A stretch of 64,000 nt of DNA from an uncultured virus (IMG/VR IMGVR_UViG_3300047550_002736) (taxonomy: Duplodnaviria > Heunggongvirae > Uroviricota > Caudoviricetes). The notes below the pieces were generated by a model, which was given only the letters and a program-made list of their open reading frames with translations, made no database searches and was not told where the DNA came from. This document shows, piece by piece, positions 59,139 to 64,000 of this stretch. The stretch is from IMG/VR virus record IMGVR_UViG_3300047550_002736. One strand, given 5' to 3'. The position numbers and the translations under genes were made by a program. The first letter of the stretch is position 1; each line of letters starts with the position of its first letter.

Positions 59139-59166
59139 ATAATACTCTACTTTTTATAAATGTCAA
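59139..59166 (-). promoter_or_regulatory. sigma70-like promoter
   Basis: TTGACA-16nt-TATTAT, 9 nt before ATG 59129. Confidence 0.55.
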
Positions 59167-59476
59167 TAGGAAATTTTTCATATGGATCTAAAGTTTCATC
59201 TAACCTCGATTTTGCTATATTTAAATCAACTTTAAACCATTCATTTCGCATTTCCAACGCAAAATGTTTCATCATATCTTTAATCTTTTGTTCTGCCACA
59301 TAACAATCTGGATGTTTTATGTAATATTCTATACGATAATTACGATGTGGAGATGATGTTTGATATGAACGCAGACGATTATTTATATCATTTGTTACCC
59401 CAATCTTGTAAAAATTGGGGAAAGCAGTATTGCTTATAATATAAATAAACCCTTCTTTTGACCGTTGTTTACCCAT
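59147..59476 (-). CDS. GIY-YIG (T5orf172-like) nuclease
   Basis: GFIYII, YKIGVT, RLRSYQTSSP, NEWF. Confidence 0.85.
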   Translation of the reverse strand: MGKQRSKEGFIYIISNTAFPNFYKIGVTNDINNRLRSYQTSSPHRNYRIEYYIKHPDCYVAEQKIKDMMKHFALEMRNEWFKVDLNIAKSRLDETLDPYEKFPIDIYKK

Positions 59477-59509
59477 ACTAATAAGTAGTCAACGGAACAG
59501 AAGAAGGGT
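59449..59509 (-). promoter_or_regulatory. RNA hairpin enclosing the GIY-YIG start codon
   Basis: acccttctt (59449-57) pairs with aagaagggt (59501-09); ccgttg (59462-67) pairs with caacgg (59490-95); ATG in the loop; TACTTAT at 59487-59481. Confidence 0.7.
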
Positions 59510-59529
59510 CTGGGTGAGTCAATTATCTA

Positions 59530-60618
59530 TTACATGGTTACTTTTCTCAAAACATAGGCAATCAAGAATGTAGCTGGAATTGTCAATACCCAAGCAAACA
59601 ATATTCTACCCGCTGTTCCAAAACAAAGTGACTTGCCTTCTTTCTTTGCCAAACCTACACCCATAATACTGGTTGTAATTGCATGTGTGGTTGACACTGG
59701 CATACCCAACTTAGCTGCCAACAACAAAATAGAAGCACCAGTTGTTTCAGCTGCAAAACCGTGAGCTGGTTTCAAATCGACCAACTTGTTTCCAAGTGTA
59801 TCAATAATCTTCCATCCACCAGCAGCAGTTCCAGCAGCCATGACCAAAGCACATGTAATCTTAATCCAAAGTGCAATAGTTTGTGTTCCATCAGCAGCAG
59901 TCACCATTGGGTGTTTCAAGAACTCCAACCAAGATGGAGCATTTTGAAGATCGCCCGCCTTTGTAGCAGCCAACAGTGACAATGCAATGATCCCCATGAT
60001 CTTTTGAGCGTCATTACTACCATGAGCAAATCCCATATAAGCTGAACTGATCAATTGTAACTTACCAAAGGTCTTTTGAACGATTTCTAACTCATACACC
60101 TTCTTCAACATAAAGTATAAAAATGCCATGAACAAAAATCCACAAATTAATCCCAATACTGGTGAACTGATCATTGGGATGAATACCTTGTAGAACACAC
60201 CATCGTTCTTGAACCAAACTCCACCCTTGTCTTTCATCCAAATGATTGAATTCCAATTGTCATGTGCAGATGCTACAGTAGCACCCAATAGTCCACCAAT
60301 CATTGCGTGACTTGAACTACTTGGAAGTCCATACCACCAAGTAACAAGATTCCACACAATACCACCCAATAGTGCGCAAATGATTGTGGTTGAAGTTACA
60401 AAGGTTGCATCAACCAATCCACTAGTTATGGTCTTGGCAACTGCGGTTCCTACCAATGCACCAATCAAGTTTGTTACTGTTGCTAGAATAATGGCATTTC
60501 TTGGACTTAGTGCTTTTGTTGCAACTGTTGTAGCAATTGAATTGGCGGTGTCATGAAAGCCGTTGATATATTCAAATATCAAGGCAACGATTATTACGGT
60601 TAATGCGAGTGTTAACAT
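59530..60618 (-). CDS. pit: inorganic phosphate transporter, PiT family
   Basis: NGFHDTANSIAT, GLPSSSSHA, AHGSNDAQK, GMPVSTTH; many TM segments. Confidence 0.95.
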   Translation of the reverse strand: MLTLALTVIIVALIFEYINGFHDTANSIATTVATKALSPRNAIILATVTNLIGALVGTAVAKTITSGLVDATFVTSTTIICALLGGIVWNLVTWWYGLPSSSSHAMIGGLLGATVASAHDNWNSIIWMKDKGGVWFKNDGVFYKVFIPMISSPVLGLICGFLFMAFLYFMLKKVYELEIVQKTFGKLQLISSAYMGFAHGSNDAQKIMGIIALSLLAATKAGDLQNAPSWLEFLKHPMVTAADGTQTIALWIKITCALVMAAGTAAGGWKIIDTLGNKLVDLKPAHGFAAETTGASILLLAAKLGMPVSTTHAITTSIMGVGLAKKEGKSLCFGTAGRILFAWVLTIPATFLIAYVLRKVTM

Positions 60619-60624
60619 ATGTTT

Positions 60625-61233
60625 TTAGAATTTGTATCTTATAATTAGTGCTGCAATGTCCGCATCTACCCAACGCGAACCAGATAGTTTTGTTTCATGA
60701 AAATAATATATGTCACCATAAATGTGTTTGGTTATGGTATATCCTATACCGCCACCAACACGGTTTCTATTAAACTCAAAACCACTATCCAAATCAAAGA
60801 AAATTTCGTCATACACAAACGGAGTTATTTTGAATCTAGTCCAACTATATGGCAAGTCATATTTGAATCGTTCACGAACTCTGTAATCATTAGCCGTGTT
60901 AAGGTCTCCCAATTCATGACCTGGTATAAATTCAAATCGTGTTCTTAATGCTAATTTACCCCATTCTCCTTTTTCAGTATAATGAGTTCCCAACATAAAA
61001 CGACTAGCAAATCTATAACCAGTTTTGCCACCCTTGTCTTCGTAAATAAAACGATAAGCAGCAAACGGAGTCCACTTCTTGGTTAAGTTGTAACTATATG
61101 ATATATCAGTGTGTTCATAGTATGGTTCGCCATCTTTTGTTCTACCTTCTTGTTCTAATATAAAGTAAGATTTTTCGTCAGCTTTAACCAAAGATGATAA
61201 ACACAGTAAAAGTAATAGTATATATTTAGTCAT
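60625..61233 (-). CDS. outer-membrane beta-barrel protein (DUF2490-like)
   Basis: Signal peptide; alternating beta pattern; R.R.E...R.R.R, P..YDEIFF, NRNRVGGG; terminal Phe. Confidence 0.7.
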   Translation of the reverse strand: MTKYILLLLLCLSSLVKADEKSYFILEQEGRTKDGEPYYEHTDISYSYNLTKKWTPFAAYRFIYEDKGGKTGYRFASRFMLGTHYTEKGEWGKLALRTRFEFIPGHELGDLNTANDYRVRERFKYDLPYSWTRFKITPFVYDEIFFDLDSGFEFNRNRVGGGIGYTITKHIYGDIYYFHETKLSGSRWVDADIAALIIRYKF

Positions 61234-61255
61234 AGTCGTGTGAGAGACTATAACT

Positions 61256-61304
61256 ATGACGTATTCGTGACTGTTCTAAGACTTTATAGTGACAATCCTG
61301 TTAC
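61256..61304 (-). promoter_or_regulatory. pho-box-like array (five half-sites, 11-bp period)
   Basis: Minus strand GTAAC-6-GTCAC-6-GTCTT-6-GTCAC-6-GTCAT directly upstream of the porin-pit operon. Confidence 0.7.
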
Positions 61305-61323
61305 AGTGACAATCCTGTTACAG
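61288..61323. repeat. 17-bp tandem direct repeat
   Basis: agtgacaatcctgttac at 61288-61304 and 61305-61321, followed by ag. Confidence 0.9.
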
Positions 61324-61929
61324 GATTTCATCTACCAGACCATACTTGACACACTCTTCAGCACTCAAATAAATGTCATGCTTTAGAATTTCATCAAGAT
61401 CAGCCTTGGTAAACTTTGTATGTTCCAGATAAATTTTGATGATCTTTTCTGATAACATCTCAAGGTTTTTTGCTTCATCCTTGAAATTTTCGTGAGTGCC
61501 ACCGCACCAACTACGTAGTTGATGAACCAACATGACTGCATTTTTACCAATAAATCTACGTTTGCCACATACACTGATCAACGTTGCAGCACTAGCAGCA
61601 ATACCTTCAACGTAAGTATGAATAGGAACCTTACAACTATTAATACGATCAATTGTTGTCAAAGCACTAAATATTTCGCCACCATCGCTGTTGATGAATA
61701 ATTTGACATGTCCAGGCTTTGGCATACCCAATTGAATTTGGGTGATCAACATTTGTTTTTCAAGATCTGAGATAGCTTTGTTCAAAGAAAAAATACTTCC
61801 AAGTGAGACATCACTGTAGAAGTATATTTCGTTACCGTGAACTTGACTTTGACCTCTGGATGGTTTTGTTATAATAATTTCTTCATCGTCGAAGTCTGCA
61901 CTTGGTCTTTGATTTTTGTATTTATACAT
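61318..61929 (-). CDS. ClpP-like protease (S14 family)
   Basis: LFINSDGG, GIAASAAT, LVHQ, DIYLSAEECVKYGLVD. Confidence 0.88.
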   Translation of the reverse strand: MYKYKNQRPSADFDDEEIIITKPSRGQSQVHGNEIYFYSDVSLGSIFSLNKAISDLEKQMLITQIQLGMPKPGHVKLFINSDGGEIFSALTTIDRINSCKVPIHTYVEGIAASAATLISVCGKRRFIGKNAVMLVHQLRSWCGGTHENFKDEAKNLEMLSEKIIKIYLEHTKFTKADLDEILKHDIYLSAEECVKYGLVDEIL

Positions 61930-61936
61930 AACTTAT

Positions 61937-61966
61937 ACAATACATATCAATTATTTTTCGAGTCAA
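61937..61966 (-). promoter_or_regulatory. sigma70-like promoter, near-leaderless
   Basis: TTGACT-18nt-TATTGT, 7 nt before ATG 61929. Confidence 0.4.
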
Positions 61967-62444
61967 ACTTAAATTCTTCTTGACGATTTAAAATTTTACG
62001 AAGTTCTTCATCATCAATATATTTGAAGTCTGTTCCTTTTGCTAAACTTACATGATGAGTTTTTATCCAACCTTTTCTATTATAACCAATATCTTCAACT
62101 TTACCAGATGATTCACAAATAAATCCACTGATATATTCAGCAAATTGGATTGAAGCTCTCGTTTGTTCATCGCCGCCATCTGTATAAAACCTAAGAGTTC
62201 CAAATTTCTCTTTGCACTGAACTACTTTTATTTGTTCAACCTTTTGATATGTGTCTGGAAATTTCTCAGCCATGCTATTTTGTTGATCAATATACTGTTG
62301 AAGATATCGACTCAACCACAAAATAAGTCTAAACCATCCATCATCACATTCAAATTGATACAATGCAAATGGACGATTTGAATCTACTTCAGTATATAAT
62401 TTAGGAAACTTTTTGATCAAATACGATTGTAACTGTGGACTCAT
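61947..62444 (-). CDS. conserved phage hypothetical protein
   Basis: ECDDGW, QCKEKFGTLRFY, ICESSG, GWIKT. Confidence 0.65.
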   Translation of the reverse strand: MSPQLQSYLIKKFPKLYTEVDSNRPFALYQFECDDGWFRLILWLSRYLQQYIDQQNSMAEKFPDTYQKVEQIKVVQCKEKFGTLRFYTDGGDEQTRASIQFAEYISGFICESSGKVEDIGYNRKGWIKTHHVSLAKGTDFKYIDDEELRKILNRQEEFKFDSKNN

Positions 62445-62637
62445 TATTACCTCCGAAATTATAGGTGGGAATTGCTGTAGGGAAAACTTGGGTATAACTA
62501 ATAAAAGTAATTTCGTTTATGTCTTTGACAAACTGTATAACATCAATCGGATATTCCGGTCTCAGATTATGCTTTTGAAAAACTTTTTGTAGTGATTGTG
62601 AATCAACGTGATATTCTCTATTTGTAAATGTAGTCAT
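62401..62637 (-). CDS. hypothetical protein
   Basis: 78 aa ORF with a promoter directly upstream. Confidence 0.5.
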   Translation of the reverse strand: MTTFTNREYHVDSQSLQKVFQKHNLRPEYPIDVIQFVKDINEITFISYTQVFPTAIPTYNFGGNNESTVTIVFDQKVS

Positions 62638-62643
62638 ATTAAT

Positions 62644-62672
62644 AGACTACAACACTTAATCTTGATTGTCAA
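62644..62672 (-). promoter_or_regulatory. sigma70-like promoter, leaderless geometry
   Basis: TTGACA-17nt-TAGTCT, then 6 nt, then ATG 62637. Confidence 0.6.
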
Positions 62673-63042
62673 CTCCAAAAGTATTAGCATATATTGCTAG
62701 TTCTGGATTGGCATATCCAAATTTTTTGACTAGTTGACCAGCAACAGCGTTTGCTTCATCTTCTATCTTTCCACCAACGTCTGGATGTTGAACATCTAGT
62801 TCTTGACGTTGATTTTGTAGATGATGAACCAATTCATGAGCTATACTTCTCAAAACATCAGCAACACCTCTATTTTTACAATACACTTTTATCAACCCAC
62901 TGGATTTGTCGTAATAAGCATATGTTCGTAAATCATCATCACGTTGTGTAGCTAGTTTGACTTTAAATGGACGATTAATATTAAGTTCGTCATTTACAAA
63001 CTTTAAAAATTTAGCAACCAATAATTTTTTATTGCCTATCAT
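62656..63042 (-). CDS. HExxH metallopeptidase-like phage protein
   Basis: DVLRSIAHELVHHLQ...EDEANAVAG; start ATG 63042 with TATTTAT 10 nt upstream. Confidence 0.7.
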   Translation of the reverse strand: MIGNKKLLVAKFLKFVNDELNINRPFKVKLATQRDDDLRTYAYYDKSSGLIKVYCKNRGVADVLRSIAHELVHHLQNQRQELDVQHPDVGGKIEDEANAVAGQLVKKFGYANPELAIYANTFGVDNQD

Positions 63043-63104
63043 ATCAATACTTATAAATATCCATACGTTATTGTTATGTATGGTTTTTAACCAAATAATT
63101 AAAT

Positions 63105-63194
63105 ATGACAACTACTCCTATTAAAACGACTTCAAATCCTCCAATTGGATCATCAAGTCCACAGCAAAAATACTATACGACTACAAAGAAGTAA
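63105..63194 (+). CDS. possible 29-aa peptide MTTTPIKTTSNPPIGSSSPQQKYYTTTKK
   Basis: Fills the intergenic gap and is followed by a U-tailed hairpin. Confidence 0.3.
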   Translation: MTTTPIKTTSNPPIGSSSPQQKYYTTTKK

Positions 63195-63204
63195 GTATTA
63201 ACAC

Positions 63205-63230
63205 AAAAGGCTCCTACCGGAGTCTTTTTT
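63205..63230. terminator. intrinsic terminator, probably bidirectional
   Basis: aaaa-ggctcc-tacc-ggagtc-tttttt. Confidence 0.6.
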
Positions 63231-63690
63231 ATTTTACACCAGCTTGTTCGTAAGTGAGTTTGACATCACCACGATCAATCAATATCTTACGGTTAGCTAA
63301 ATGTAAATCACGAACATTATCTTTGTTTTCTCCCATATACTTCACCGCAAAATTCTTACTCACCAACTCCTCGTTCAATATAGCTTTGGTATCGGGATTC
63401 ACAACTTCTCCTAATATACGACCAAACTTCTCCTTCTCTACATCACTAGCAATCTTGGTTCGTATAACCACATGTTTCTTACATGCATCAACAAATTTCT
63501 TACAGTAATCTTTGCTCGCTAATCCAAACACCTTCTCAACTTTATCGCTAGTTCTACTCTCAGGTGTATCAACTCCCAATAAACGAACTTTCTGATTTGC
63601 CAATACAACATCAAAACCCAAATCAATGTCTACTACAACTGTATCTCCGTCTACCACTTCAGTGACTGTCGCATGATATTCATAAGGCAT
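63229..63690 (-). CDS. thermonuclease (SNase family)
   Basis: VVDGDT, IDLGF, VRLLGVDTPE, KFGRILG. Confidence 0.9.
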   Translation of the reverse strand: MPYEYHATVTEVVDGDTVVVDIDLGFDVVLANQKVRLLGVDTPESRTSDKVEKVFGLASKDYCKKFVDACKKHVVIRTKIASDVEKEKFGRILGEVVNPDTKAILNEELVSKNFAVKYMGENKDNVRDLHLANRKILIDRGDVKLTYEQAGVK

Positions 63691-63691
63691 A

Positions 63692-64000
63692 TTATTCTAG
63701 TGTTAACAAATACTTTAGTTTATTTAACTGACCCAACATTTCATCACGGATATTCAATAGATCTGTATCTTTCTTTTGATCTAATTCTTTTGGAAGATCG
63801 TCAATCAAATATGATATGGAACTATCAACAAATTTCGAAACAGCTGATGCATCATAGTTACCCAACTCTATCGTGAATGGTCCTTGAACTCTACCATACT
63901 TACCCATAAAGACTTCCACAAATTCGTCAATCATATCAGTGAATTCATCATATGCCCCACCTAAAGCTTGATGTTGAGCATAACTACCTTTACCTTTGGT
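63692..64000 (-). CDS. Dps/ferritin-like phage protein (DUF5856-like), partial
   Basis: Frame open to the window end: SYAQHQALGGAYDEFTDMIDEFVE...GKYGR...LLNIRDEML...KLKYLLTL. Confidence 0.7.
   Translation of the reverse strand, partial: TKGKGSYAQHQALGGAYDEFTDMIDEFVEVFMGKYGRVQGPFTIELGNYDASAVSKFVDSSISYLIDDLPKELDQKKDTDLLNIRDEMLGQLNKLKYLLTLE

Noticed and set aside
204..63876. Many short ORFs antisense to or nested in long genes (e.g. 204..437, 8675..9007, 14532..14942, 47659..48003, 52281..52599, 55659..56078)
   Set aside because: Shadow frames of well-supported genes with no recognisable motifs
1..64000. Giant eukaryotic virus or bacterial chromosome origin
   Set aside because: ATGA-coupled operons, TTGACA promoters, phage lysozyme, Pit plus porin and a T4-like polB/clamp/loader set fit a bacteriophage; no cellular housekeeping synteny
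1..64000. Stop-codon reassignment
   Set aside because: Conserved genes (polB, glf, gmd, pit) are full length in the standard code and coding density is high; only one split gene, which is a frame change
1..64000. tRNA, rRNA or DGR/retron elements
   Set aside because: Intergenic gaps are short; no cloverleaf, reverse transcriptase or template/variable repeat pair was recognised by eye

Overview
AT-rich, densely coding 64 kb segment in the standard genetic code, best read as part of a large T4-like (jumbo-type) tailed-phage genome. The phage assignment rests on a family B DNA polymerase, gp45-like sliding clamp, gp44/RFC-like clamp loader, dUTPase, Cas4-like nuclease, SF2 helicase, phage lysozyme, modular head-type proteins, ATGA-coupled operons and sigma70-type promoters. 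About the first 46 kb (1-46.6 kb, with gmd and a methyltransferase just beyond) is a very large glycan-biosynthesis region. It holds about 25 glycosyltransferase-like genes, glf, three paralogous nucleotidyltransferases, a HAD phosphatase, a phosphodiesterase-like gene, methyltransferases and two B12-dependent radical SAM enzymes. Main highlights: (1) a non-carboxylating RuBisCO-like protein in an operon with a nucleotidyltransferase, cupin and methyltransferase, sitting between polymerase and clamp, which is a candidate undescribed nucleotide-sugar pathway; (2) a porin plus Pit phosphate-uptake operon preceded by five pho-box-like half-sites at exact 11-bp spacing; (3) an RNA hairpin that buries the start of a GIY-YIG nuclease and contains a putative late promoter; (4) a recurrent TATTTAT/TACTTAT motif and near-leaderless promoters. 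All product calls come from motif recognition by eye; no database searches were run. No tRNA, rRNA or CRISPR array was seen.
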